From: Candidatus Latescibacterota bacterium
GTDB lineage: Bacteria; Latescibacterota; UBA2968; UBA8231
Assembly: GCA_965217585.1 (NCBI GenBank)
Contig: OZ244561.1
Coordinates: 128,001 to 192,000 of the forward strand
Reading direction: 5' to 3'
DNA: 64,000 bases
Below the pieces are notes generated by a model, which was not told the origin of the DNA, ran no database searches, and was given only the letters and a program-made list of their open reading frames with translations. Below are positions 20,601 to 29,787 of the stretch, in pieces. Numbering within the stretch: position 1 is the stretch's first letter; each line of letters opens with the position of its first letter. A program made the translations under genes and the position numbers.

Positions 20601-21049
20601 ATGAACGAAGCGACAAGTGCCTGAGCATCGACCCTCGACTCAAGTTGAGGCTTGGGCAAGACTTCCTTAGCGAGGTATGATGCGTTAGCTTGATAGCCAG
20701 CAAGCTCGTATGCTAGAGCAGCATTGAGCAGGGCAGTTGGCCTTGTTACTCCCTCAGTCAGTTCAGCTAGACTTTCCCATGCGAGAGCTAGTTGGCGTGA
20801 GCGTTCCTCGTTTTCGGTAGCCTTGTCTGGATCAGCAAGGGTCGCTGCCTCAAGCGCGTACAAAGCAGCGGCTGAATTTCGGGAAAAGCGATTCGCAACA
20901 TAAGTCCAGTGCGGAGGGCGCTGAAGCTCGCCTATGGCCTGCAATGTTGCCTTCGACCGAACCTGAGCCAGTTCGCTCTGGAATCTTGGATCGGCCAACA
21001 CAGCTTGCATACGAGATTGCAAATCAATGTGAGTGTCATTGGTCATCAT
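17621..21049 (-). CDS. hamB: Hachiman HamB-type SF2 (Ski2-like) helicase with C-terminal HIRAN-like domain
   Basis: LWPSQ, LPTSGGKT, DEVH, MSAV, HHGRLP, ATNTLAQGVNLP, NIAGRAGRAG; overlaps hamA-like stop; C-terminal VVGVSY...RDYDNPVDPNAVAV...VGFLPR. Confidence 0.82.
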   Translation of the reverse strand: MMTNDTHIDLQSRMQAVLADPRFQSELAQVRSKATLQAIGELQRPPHWTYVANRFSRNSAAALYALEAATLADPDKATENEERSRQLALAWESLAELTEGVTRPTALLNAALAYELAGYQANASYLAKEVLPKPQLESRVDAQALVASFIQRRIIVTAQLADHFLQEPPDPSLPLDTLSLELGEVVLADGLYKACRYFLSGDQSAYLEAMELLREATEIFTGLGAPLHSNIAYGVQAVLPLMMRRSTWSQLERLSKESEVWKRYLTLLARPLSSGVTELWPSQIKVLESGFLDSNNSAVVRLPTSGGKTRLAEMAIIETLQRHSKAKCVFVAPYRALASEVERSMGSVLNDLGYRVSSVIGSYESDEFEEFLLQTADLLILTPEKLDLVLRLRPDISDQIKLVVLDEVHIMDDENRGIKFELLLSRMKNRLPTSRFLVMSAVVPDSTLEDFAMWLADSPDRSIKSDWRPTIQRRARFEWSGMTGVIRFERNLEMPDLDAFIPGALQRREYSFINPDTQRRRVRQYPKSEKVDTAAELAYVFSERGPVLVFCTQPNWVESVCRAILNKSIQYRQLIEDPIHPHFVSAVPTRSLELAREWLGEEHIATQALSQGVAPHHGRLPNVVREAIEVDCRAGRYKVIVATNTLAQGVNLPVRTVIIHSIWRADEEGRRSRIPLRDYWNIAGRAGRAGQETEGLVIHITLNTLDMRDFRHYSNLGNLEPVSGALFQLLQQLVSSRISNESIENAAATLDPEILAIAVEEGIELVDSDKWSASLTGTYAAQQAHRQNMGIDPLIKSAQQAAMNIFSRAPTPSWRRVYAQTGLSSSSCESLRKFVDTNVGKLRNLLFNAGYDDLELLNHLVLDASLQLPEAQTTTDFAGDPEVLLGLWLDGMSITEIVEHSPDDTDSVERISRYIEELFGYRLPWIISALLRICKESLGIQEEKPSEYIRCYPSMVKHGLPNPVASWAMSAGITSRSVARSLAEAFEEQALDISSHEDFVTWLSSLSDDSLRHDHGITGYVLDDLRYKLGRMAINPLLKPIRPLHEVLPLQRKVVGVSYKNRRIVARRVRTGDKLELHRDYDNPVDPNAVAVHHKMGQVGFLPRDLAQRLAPEIDSGSDIIATAIKAVQKDKSMITVELSLG

Positions 21050-21812
21050 CGACTACCTCCACGTCGAGCTCCAAAAATGCCGCGTCCGTGAGTTGCCTAA
21101 GACCAGTGATTCTTGCAATGTACACATGCAGATGTTCAATATCAAGATTTTCGTCTTCAAGATTTTCGAGGACCCGCTCATCCCATATGGTATTTTCATA
21201 TAAGATCATCAAGAGAAACTCATCCAGCTCAGCATCACGATCAAATATGTAGGCTTCGATCAATTCTGTAAGTGGATCACCCGTTTCTCGCAGTTGGCGA
21301 GCCACAAAGGTCAGGATTTCAGAATCCACGTTGTCCGCATCTTCCTGTAGTTGCTTTGTTCCTTGAACAGCTACAGAAAGGTCTGCAGAAGTGCGAAATT
21401 TCGACTCGACGAACGCTACTTTGACGAGCTTACCATCAGAAAATTTAAATGCAATACAGTCGGTTCCGGGTAGGGTCTGATTCGCACTGATTTTGTACCT
21501 GAGCTTCATCACGGGGACACGATAGCCTTCCACGGTCTTGAGATATTCAACGGTTACGGCTTCCCCAAAATCGCCGCGCCTCACTGAGGGCAGCATCCCT
21601 GCACGGGACCTAAGAATTTTGTCGCGAACTTCCCCGTATCCGTATCTCTCTGCTACATTGGCGAGGTAGTCAGTGCCCCAATATGCGTCGCTCATAAGGT
21701 TGGCCAATTCAGTAGGCGATGGCACTGAGTTGGTCTCTTCAAGGTCAGTGACCTCAAATGAAAAGTCAGAATCTGCTCGTGGATTCGGCTTTAGCCAGTC
21801 AGCTATATTCAA
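21036..21812 (-). CDS. hamA: Hachiman HamA-type (DUF1837) PD-(D/E)xK nuclease
   Basis: RRGDFGEA...KLRYK...PGTD...FVESKF motif order; directly upstream of the helicase. Confidence 0.78.
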   Translation of the reverse strand: MNIADWLKPNPRADSDFSFEVTDLEETNSVPSPTELANLMSDAYWGTDYLANVAERYGYGEVRDKILRSRAGMLPSVRRGDFGEAVTVEYLKTVEGYRVPVMKLRYKISANQTLPGTDCIAFKFSDGKLVKVAFVESKFRTSADLSVAVQGTKQLQEDADNVDSEILTFVARQLRETGDPLTELIEAYIFDRDAELDEFLLMILYENTIWDERVLENLEDENLDIEHLHVYIARITGLRQLTDAAFLELDVEVVDDDQ

Positions 21813-22002
21813 GGTGCCCTTTCTATAGAGTATCGAGTAGAATCAAGGTTCCCTTCGTTTCGATTGGCGACAGAAACGCAATACTCATCGGTCTCAAGCG
21901 TAAATACAGAACATCACTAGCGGTGCTCCGTATGGTATTTTTTACGTTCCGATTCGCGGCAGGGACGGGATTTGCCTATCCGTCAACTATCCCTCGGACG
22001 CC

Positions 22003-22223
22003 GCCTAGCCCGTCACCCGCAACCGCGCCGGCACCCCCACCGGCTCCCCACCGCGACACACCACCGGGAAGTGCGGACCAGCCTCGGCCATCGGCGCTTT
22101 GTCGGGCAAATCGACGAACTGCTTCATCAGGTGCTCGCCGCTTTGGTCGAAGCGCGCCGCGCCGGTCATGTAGTGAATGGCAATGGCGCGGCGGGGCCGG
22201 GGCGACTGATTAAAGGGCGAGCC
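22003..22223 (-). repeat. Right copy of the 221-bp direct repeat (current 3' end of the PhyH gene)
   Basis: Aligns to 17319-17539 at offset 4684. Confidence 0.93.
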
Positions 22224-22889
22224 GTGCCAAGTTAGCGAGTGGTGGAAGGAGACCTCCCCGCACATCACTGGGCACGGTCGGGCCTCAACTTCGCGGATCT
22301 CGGCGTCGGCTGGCGGGGTAAAGCCCTGTAAGTCCTTGAAGTTTTCCAGCAGCGACAAATTCCCCTGCGTGCGCAAAAATGCAATCTGGTTGCCCCACTT
22401 GTGACTGCCGGGCACCATCCACATGCAGCCGTTTTCTTCGGTCGCGTCGTCCAAAGGGATCCACGCTGAGACCGGCGTCATCGGCTTGATGATCGGCCAC
22501 AAGGGCGCGTCTTGGTGCCAGTGAGTCGAGCCGCCGTAGCGGGCGGGTTTGTACTGGATTTGGTCGTGCCAGACCTGGAGGTCGTTCTGGCCGGTAAGCT
22601 GGCTGATCCCCCGGACGACAGCCGGGTGGTAAATTAGCCGCTCCCAAGCCGACGCGGCCTCCCAGATATTGACAATCTGCCACACCGGATGCTCGCTGAC
22701 GCCGCCCCCGCCGGCTAGGTCGCGGAAGGATACCGGCTGCGCCTCGCCGGGGGCAAAGCCGTCGGGGCCTTTGGTCAAAATCTCGTCGAGCGCGTCGCTC
22801 AATTCGCCGAGTTCCTCGTCGGAGAGCACGCGCCCGCCGTTGAGAAAGCCGTTGCGGTGGAATTCGTCAATCTGTGCTTGGTTGAGCAT
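22005..22889 (-). CDS. Phytanoyl-CoA dioxygenase (PhyH) family protein
   Basis: FHRNGFL, WHQD, NGCMWMVPGSH, HHSLTWHGS, RRAIAIHY. Confidence 0.92.
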   Translation of the reverse strand: MLNQAQIDEFHRNGFLNGGRVLSDEELGELSDALDEILTKGPDGFAPGEAQPVSFRDLAGGGGVSEHPVWQIVNIWEAASAWERLIYHPAVVRGISQLTGQNDLQVWHDQIQYKPARYGGSTHWHQDAPLWPIIKPMTPVSAWIPLDDATEENGCMWMVPGSHKWGNQIAFLRTQGNLSLLENFKDLQGFTPPADAEIREVEARPCPVMCGEVSFHHSLTWHGSPFNQSPRPRRAIAIHYMTGAARFDQSGEHLMKQFVDLPDKAPMAEAGPHFPVVCRGGEPVGVPARLRVTG

Positions 22890-22931
22890 CGTCTATCCTT
22901 GCACCGACCTTCGGTCGGCGAGTAAAGCGTC

Positions 22932-25418
22932 TCACTGCATTCGCCGGAGCAGCTCGCCCCGAGCCTCGTTGAACAGGCCAATCAGCCGCTGGCGGATCGC
23001 CTCGTCGCGGAAGACGCCGATCCTTTCAGCCCAAGCGATACCACCCTCCATGTGCGTTAGCAGATAATTGCCTTCCGCTGGCGCAAACGCGCAGCGCCGA
23101 CCCACGTCGATATAGACCGGCGAGGAATGGGCCATCACCGGGCCGGCGTCCGTGTAGTGCGGACCCCAGCAGCGGGCCGCGACCCAGCAGGAACTCTTGG
23201 CCTTGAGCTTGAACTTCAGTTCGATCTGGTGAGCACCGGGCGCGGCGACCTCGCGCGCAACCGCCTCGCCATTGCAAATCAGCTCCAGCCCGGTAAGCGG
23301 CCAGACGCTTTCCGCGGTCGCCATCACCTCGACGGTACCGCCATTGCCGGGCAGGTGGATTTCCTCGCCCATCTCTCGCCCCTCGACCTTTAGATCGATC
23401 ATCGCGCCAGTGCTGGCAAACGTCTGGCCGCGCCGCACGGCCTGGCACCAATTGTCAAAGGTAAACTCCTCGCCGTCGCGCAGCTTAACATACGTGCGCG
23501 AGCCGCCCAAAATGCGGCCGTTGGACATCTTGTCGGTACCGCCGACAATCGGCAGCTTCTGACCCACGTTGAGCCAGCGGTAGTAGCCCTGCTCAGCCGA
23601 ACTGATCTGCTCGCCTTCCCAAATCCAGCACATCTCGCCGGCGTCGGCGTGGCCCAAGACGATGTTGGCCGCGTTCTCAAAGTCGGGCAGCGGCATGTGC
23701 GGCATAATGACCAACCCGCCCTGCTTTTTGCACTCCTCGGCCCAATCGGCCATCAGCGCATCCACCGAGCCGCCGACCCAATCCTCATTGGCTCCGCCGG
23801 TACACATCGGCGCGACCAGTTCCTTGAGGCCGAGCAAGCTGATGTGCCCGAGCACGTGCTGCCGGTTCTCCTGACTGACCCAAACCAAGTGCTCGTCACT
23901 GCTGGTCGGTGCCAAGCCGCCGGTAAACTCCTCCCACGAGGTAAACAGCCGACCCCACTGGCTGGCCAACAGATGCACCACATTGAGATCCTCGGCCTCG
24001 GCCTCTAGATGGGACGACTGGGAGGAGAGGAAATGCACGTGGGTATCCCCCGAATAGTACCCGCGCTGCTTCATGTCAAAGGCGCGTTTGACCTTGAGGG
24101 TCAGCGCGCGCTGACCGGGCTTGATCTCGACCCGCTGGCGCAGCGGCTGGTACTCAAAACCGCGCACTACCTCCGCGTACACCGGGCCGATGGGCAAGTC
24201 GATCTGGCAGGTACCGTCGATGTAGGCGTAGGGCACGCCCCCGGTCTTGCAGTCGCCGCCCATGTCCTCGAACCACGCCACATTGACGTCGGCTTGGTGG
24301 CCGTGCGGTGCCAGATAGGCTCCGTGCTCGGAGCGGAAGTGGACGCGGGTTCCTACGGGCTGGCCGGTATCCGCGTCCTCGACCCGCACGTGGACCCACT
24401 GCTTGCCGGCCGGTGAGACGACCTCGATTCGCACCTTGCCTTGGGCGACCTTCTTTTCTTTCAGCACTTCGCCCCAGCAAATGCGCTCTTCGTCATCTCC
24501 CGTCTTAATGGCGAGTTGACCTGCGGTTGAGCCGTGGATTTCCAGATAGCCACCAGCGACCGTCTCCTGGCCGCCCCGGCCCCAACCGGCTTCCTCAGAG
24601 GTGAGGAAATCTGCACTCGGCACAAAGAGCTGATCTCGGCGCACGATTTCGCCGCGCTCCATCGCCACTTCGGGCGCTCCTTCGGCATCGACCCGCAGCG
24701 CCACCTCCTGCCGCGCCGGCCAAGCAAAAGGATCGCGCTCCTCGTGGCAGAGCGTAATGCCAGCCAAAGCTAGCGCCGTAGGACCAGCCGCCGACACCGC
24801 GATCGCTGCAATCTCCTTGTCGGGCGCGGGATTTTCCCAGTCGTAGAGCCACCAACCCTGGAGGTCACCGCCCTCGCGCGTAAAGGTCCCGGTCTGCACC
24901 ATGCCATAGCTATGCTCGCGGCTGTCCAGCGGCACCGAGTAGAAGTGGCGGCAGTTGCGACAGAGAAAGGGATGGTGCCCCCAAGGCACCTGCACGTCGT
25001 GGATTTCAAAGCGGCGGCGCAGTGGCTGCTCGACCGAACTGCCGTCGGCATAGAGGACGCGATAGGTGCCAATCTCCTCGCCCGTGCCCTCGACCGTGGC
25101 CCATGCCCCCGGCACCGGCGCACAAGCGTGGGCGTAGAGGATGCGCCGCGCCTTGGCGTTTATCGGGATCTCCGCCGACGCACTTACTCCGCCCCCGGCC
25201 TTTTGCGCCACCAGCACCACGGCCCGGTCAGCCCCTGCGGCTGCCAAACTAAAGGGCACGTCCCAAAACTGCTGCTCGCCCCAAGGCAGATTCACGAGCG
25301 GAGTATTGTCGGGCGCGTCGTCGGGCGCCGGCCAGAGCTTGCCGCCTTCGGACTCAACATTGCCAGTGCCGGTGTTATAAGCTGCGCTCAAATCCAACGG
25401 TGCAAACTGATCGCTCAT
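22932..25418 (-). CDS. CehA/McbA family metallohydrolase
   Basis: ATG 25418 after GGAAAGGA; YSGDTHVH, QENRQHVLGH, YYRWLNVG.KLP.VGGTD, AHSSPVY. Confidence 0.8.
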   Translation of the reverse strand: MSDQFAPLDLSAAYNTGTGNVESEGGKLWPAPDDAPDNTPLVNLPWGEQQFWDVPFSLAAAGADRAVVLVAQKAGGGVSASAEIPINAKARRILYAHACAPVPGAWATVEGTGEEIGTYRVLYADGSSVEQPLRRRFEIHDVQVPWGHHPFLCRNCRHFYSVPLDSREHSYGMVQTGTFTREGGDLQGWWLYDWENPAPDKEIAAIAVSAAGPTALALAGITLCHEERDPFAWPARQEVALRVDAEGAPEVAMERGEIVRRDQLFVPSADFLTSEEAGWGRGGQETVAGGYLEIHGSTAGQLAIKTGDDEERICWGEVLKEKKVAQGKVRIEVVSPAGKQWVHVRVEDADTGQPVGTRVHFRSEHGAYLAPHGHQADVNVAWFEDMGGDCKTGGVPYAYIDGTCQIDLPIGPVYAEVVRGFEYQPLRQRVEIKPGQRALTLKVKRAFDMKQRGYYSGDTHVHFLSSQSSHLEAEAEDLNVVHLLASQWGRLFTSWEEFTGGLAPTSSDEHLVWVSQENRQHVLGHISLLGLKELVAPMCTGGANEDWVGGSVDALMADWAEECKKQGGLVIMPHMPLPDFENAANIVLGHADAGEMCWIWEGEQISSAEQGYYRWLNVGQKLPIVGGTDKMSNGRILGGSRTYVKLRDGEEFTFDNWCQAVRRGQTFASTGAMIDLKVEGREMGEEIHLPGNGGTVEVMATAESVWPLTGLELICNGEAVAREVAAPGAHQIELKFKLKAKSSCWVAARCWGPHYTDAGPVMAHSSPVYIDVGRRCAFAPAEGNYLLTHMEGGIAWAERIGVFRDEAIRQRLIGLFNEARGELLRRMQ

Positions 25419-25485
25419 TGCAGTTTCCTTTCCAAGTGAATGGCCGCTCAATATATCCCCGCCAGAATCCCTGAACAATGCGGCT

Positions 25486-27968
25486 TCAGTGCGGCACCCC
25501 CAACTGGTGCATCCGGCGGTGGATCGCCTCCCGCGCTTGCAGGAAGGGGCGCTCCAGATAGGCGAGGTGATCCGCCTCGCCGTGGTGGTGCGTAATGTCG
25601 TCGCGCAGATGCTGGCGGCTGTTGTGGCGGATATAGTGCAGTGAGCCATCCACCAAGGTCAGCATGTACTGCGCCGTCTCTTGGTTGAACATCCACCACT
25701 CGCCGCCGCAGGCCAGATACACCGGCGAGGTGTGTGCCATGATCCCCCGGCCCCATCCATCGAAGTGCTGCACACTCTGCTCGTAGCCCGGCCCGCTGCA
25801 CCGCGCCGCCAGCCACGAGTGGCCCTCCACCTTTACCGCGGCCTGCAGACGCAACTTGCGCGTCCCCTTGGCCTCTTCCACAGAAGCCACCACCCGCCCC
25901 TCCTGCACCACTTCCAGCGTGTGGATCGGCACCACCGACTCGGCCTCGGCGACCACCTCCACCGTGCCCCCATTGCCCGGCAGCCGCACCGTGTCCCCCA
26001 CCTCGTGACCATCGACGCTGAAGCGGATCAGCGGGCCGCCGCTGTGGAAGGTGCGGCCCGCGGCCATGTACTTGCACCAGTTGGCGTAGGTGAACGGCTC
26101 GTCCTTGGGGATCTGCACGTAGGTGCGATAGATCCCCACCGGCACGTCGCTGCTCATTTTATCCGTACCGCCGACCAACGGCAGCTTGTAGCCGCAATTG
26201 AGGTAGCGATAGTACTCGCCGTGCATGTACATCCCGTGCCGGAGCATCTCCACCGCGTCGGCACGACCCGTGGCAATCAGGGCGGCTGGCTCGCCGTTGG
26301 GGCTGGGCAAATGCGGGATCACCACGCTGCCGCCCTGCGCTCGGCAGCGGTCGGCCCACTCGGCCATCGGCACTTCGAGCGTCCCGCCCAACTCGGCCTC
26401 GCCCGGGCCGTCCGAGCACCACGGCATCACCGGCTCCTTCAGCCCCATGAGGATCAGATGCCCCAAAAAGTGCTGCCTGTTCTCTTGGGATACATAGACG
26501 ATATGATCGCCGTTGGCCGTGGCCATCTCGCCGCCGGTAAATTCCTCGGTATTGGTAAACAGCCCGCCCCACTGGGATTGCAGCAGGTTGACCACGTTCA
26601 AATCCTCGCCCTGCGCCTCGGTGAGGCTGCCCTGCGCCGAGAGGAAATGCACGTGCGAGTCGCCACTGTACCAGCCTTCCTCATTCATCTGCCGCCAGCG
26701 CTTCAACCGCAGCTCCAAGGTGCGCTGGCCTGGCTCGATCTCCACTTTGGTGCGCAGCGGCTCGTACTCGTAGCCACGCGCCACATCCACGATCACTTCA
26801 CCGCGTGGCAGCCAGCCTTGGCAGGTGCCGTCGATGTACGCATAGGTGATCTGTCCCAAGCGCACATCGCCGCCCACATCGAAGTGCCAAGTTCCCATGT
26901 TGGAGTTGACGTGGGCGTGGTGGCCGTGCGGGGCGTAGGGGATGCCCTCTGGCGAGCGGAAGTGGACGCGGCAGGGCACGGGTTTCCCAGTGGCGTCGTC
27001 GATGACCTTGGTATGCACCCAGTTGCGCCCGCGCTCCACCACCTCCAGCCGCACCCGTGGCGAAGCCTCCACGCGGCCCTGCTGCCGCACCTCCTCCCAG
27101 CGGGTCTCCCCCAAAACTTCTCCGTCTCGCTTGACCTGCACGGTGGCCGAAGGGTTGGCGGCAATTTCCACGTAGGAGGGGCTGCTGCTTTCGTTTTGGG
27201 CTTCGCCCCAGCCCTTGCGCCCATCGAGAAAATCCTCGGCCGTTGCTTCCGGCAGTGGGTAGGGATAAGTCGCAACGCCCCGATCAACTTCCACTTCGAG
27301 GGCGGCGGATTCGCGCGCGTCCTCTCTTGCGGCAGGGTGACGATGACCTCGCGCATGCCCTCGCGGCAGATCGGCTCTTCGTCCAAGTCGCTCAGGGTGA
27401 TCCCGCCGATGACAAAGGCCGGCCCTGCGGCCTCGATGGCGATTTTTTCCAAGCTCTTGTCCGGGTGTGGATTCGGCCACGCCCAGAGCACGAAGTCCTG
27501 CGCGCGCCCGGCATCGGCCTCGGTCTGGCGACGCCCGGCCATGTCCCACGGGCCTTCGGTGCGCGGCAAGACCTGATCGTTCGTATCGGGTACCGCCACA
27601 AACGGCGCACCGCCATACGACGACGGCACAGTCGAGATTTCAAAGCGATCGCGCACCGGCACCTTGAGCACCTCCCCGTCCTCGTAGTGCAGCGCGTATT
27701 CAGCCACCGCTGTCGCCAGCGGCCCATTGTCGGCGATCCGCGACTCCAACAGGCGATGCGCCACAATCATCCAAGTCGCCCGCCGACCGACCGGGATTTC
27801 CACGCCCGACCGCTCCCCACCACAGGCGATCAGACAGCGCCCAGCATCGCTGCCAAGCGCAAAGGGCAAGCCGCGAAAGCTTTGTGCGCCGAGCGGCCCT
27901 TGGCCCCCCAAGACATCCAGCCCGACGTTGTACAGCGCGTTCAAATCCAGCGGTGTGTAGGCACCCAT
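25486..27968 (-). pseudogene. Second CehA/McbA family metallohydrolase, split by one frameshift near 27325 (real or sequencing error)
   Basis: ORF 26793-27968 gives the N-terminus and ORF 25486-27549 the C-terminus; both parallel the neighbouring paralog; adding one base in CAAGAGAGGAC joins LPQE to EDARESAALEV. Confidence 0.8.
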
Positions 27969-28180
27969 GATCTCCTCCTTTGAAGTTGACTTGCGATTGG
28001 GATAATAAAATGGTTTGGAGGACCGAGTTGTGCAAAAAAAACTGTCAGACGGATGGACGAATCGACCAGCGCAGATGCTGGCTGTTTGCCCACGTTGGAT
28101 AGCGAATATAGATTTTTTCTTAAGAAGGGTTGCGACCCTTCACAGATTCGTCTTTAACCGCCGACTCGGAAAGATGGTAT

Positions 28181-28396
28181 ATGCCTAGAAAGTTGCGCGA
28201 GGTGCGGCGGGATTACATGCAAGCCGGGTTCATCGAACATAGGGGCAAGGGTAAGGGGAGCCACAGAAAGTATATCCATCCACTTGGCGTCGTGGCCACG
28301 GTGTCTGGCAAGGACAGTGCAGATGCCCATGCGTACCAAGAAAATCAGCTCAAGAAGAAGTTAGCTGAAGTCCAAAACAGGAAGAAACGCCAATGA
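28181..28396 (+). CDS. hicA: HicA family toxin
   Basis: 71 aa basic protein, MPRKLRE...AGF...GKGSHRKYIHP...TVSGK...DA..YQ. Confidence 0.88.
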   Translation: MPRKLREVRRDYMQAGFIEHRGKGKGSHRKYIHPLGVVATVSGKDSADAHAYQENQLKKKLAEVQNRKKRQ

Positions 28397-29787
28397 CTGC
28401 TCCGATAGATTATAAGAAAATCGCCAATGAGTTTCCGCAGGTGCCTGAGTGGACTAAGGTCGTGAAGTGGTCGCCCGAAGATGGCTGCTACGTGGGCTAC
28501 CTTGAAGGCCCCCTAGGGCCGTGCTGTCATGGCGACGACCCGGTGGCCGTACGCGCGGAGCTCGCCGAAATCGAGCACGAATGGCGGGCCTTACTTGGCA
28601 TGCCCGAGGTGCCTCGTGCGAGTACTGCTCTCAGCACTTCTCTGGATTCAAGCGGAAGTGCAACTAAAGAAATGGATCCCATATTTGGATTTCCGCCCAT
28701 CCACAAGGCCCATCTTACACCTCCAGATGGGATCGCTTCGCGTTTGCAAAGCCTAATTGGTACGCCATTTAAATTGACGGGAAAGACTAGGACAGATGGC
28801 TCGAATGTGAGAAAGCTTGTTGCACAGACTTTCGCAGAATTCTCATTACCTAAACCATGCCCCCGGTCATCTTATTCTATTATCCCGCCCAAAGCAAAAG
28901 GATTGCCAGGGATACTTTTAGAATATGTGGACACCTATATCGTAACTAAAGGTAATACGTACAATCTCCAGGTTTGGAATCGAAATCCGGCATCTGACTC
29001 TATCCAGGTTGAATACAATTCCGGTGAAATTTTATCATCAAGGGATGTCCGATTCGTTTTCCTGCGTGTTGACCCACAGACTCAGACAATAAGCTCAATC
29101 CTAGTCCTGACCCCAGATTATATCGAGAGTGAATTCGGACGCTTTGGCAAGCCGACGATTAAACACCAAATCATAATTCCGCCAAAAATTAGAGATAAAG
29201 CGCTATCTCAAAATCCGCCGGGCATTTTCTGTTCAGATACATCTGCCCTTTCTCAACATGTAACGGGAAAGTATGCTATCCCGACCTCTTCAATAAGTGA
29301 TAAACCTATTTTGGGTCAACTATTTTCTTTGAAATTGCTGCGAGAAATGCTAGTAGAAGGGCTAATTGGTGAGCCATTGGATCAAATGGCTACCAAAAAT
29401 AGAGGGCAAGCGTTGGAGCGCTTGGTTGCTTGTCTCTTAGGATACAAAATTAGTGATGCTGAGCTTTTAGAGGGGAATTTTCCCGATATTCCCAACCAAG
29501 CCTTGGAAGTCAAGGTGCAGGATTCGCCGACCGTAGATTTAGGAAAATTCAGTCCTCAGTTCAAAGAGTGCGTACCGTCCTGTCCTAGCTTAACGACGTT
29601 AGATGTCCGCTACTTGATAGCCTTGACCGATGCAGAGACGAGCATTGTTCAGGGGATCATTTTATGTCCTGGTGAGAAGTTAGGTGAGCATTTTTCATAC
29701 GTAAGCGACACTAGTTTTAAGTGCCAAAGATCAATCCCTATGTCCTTTTTTGATATGTACCAAGGCAAAGCACTTTACAATCCCTGA
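28393..29787 (+). CDS. HicB-like N-terminal domain fused in frame to a putative type II restriction endonuclease
   Basis: ATGA overlap with hicA; VKWSPEDGCYVG...CCHGDDPVAV..EL is HicB-like; internal ATG 28672 begins an AT-richer region with RGQALE...FPDIPNQALEVK (PD..ExK); convergent with MTase. Confidence 0.72.
   Translation: MTAPIDYKKIANEFPQVPEWTKVVKWSPEDGCYVGYLEGPLGPCCHGDDPVAVRAELAEIEHEWRALLGMPEVPRASTALSTSLDSSGSATKEMDPIFGFPPIHKAHLTPPDGIASRLQSLIGTPFKLTGKTRTDGSNVRKLVAQTFAEFSLPKPCPRSSYSIIPPKAKGLPGILLEYVDTYIVTKGNTYNLQVWNRNPASDSIQVEYNSGEILSSRDVRFVFLRVDPQTQTISSILVLTPDYIESEFGRFGKPTIKHQIIIPPKIRDKALSQNPPGIFCSDTSALSQHVTGKYAIPTSSISDKPILGQLFSLKLLREMLVEGLIGEPLDQMATKNRGQALERLVACLLGYKISDAELLEGNFPDIPNQALEVKVQDSPTVDLGKFSPQFKECVPSCPSLTTLDVRYLIALTDAETSIVQGIILCPGEKLGEHFSYVSDTSFKCQRSIPMSFFDMYQGKALYNP

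Noticed and set aside
25681-27576. 631-aa plus-strand ORF
   Set aside because: Antisense shadow of the CehA/McbA gene, typical of high-GC DNA; no motifs
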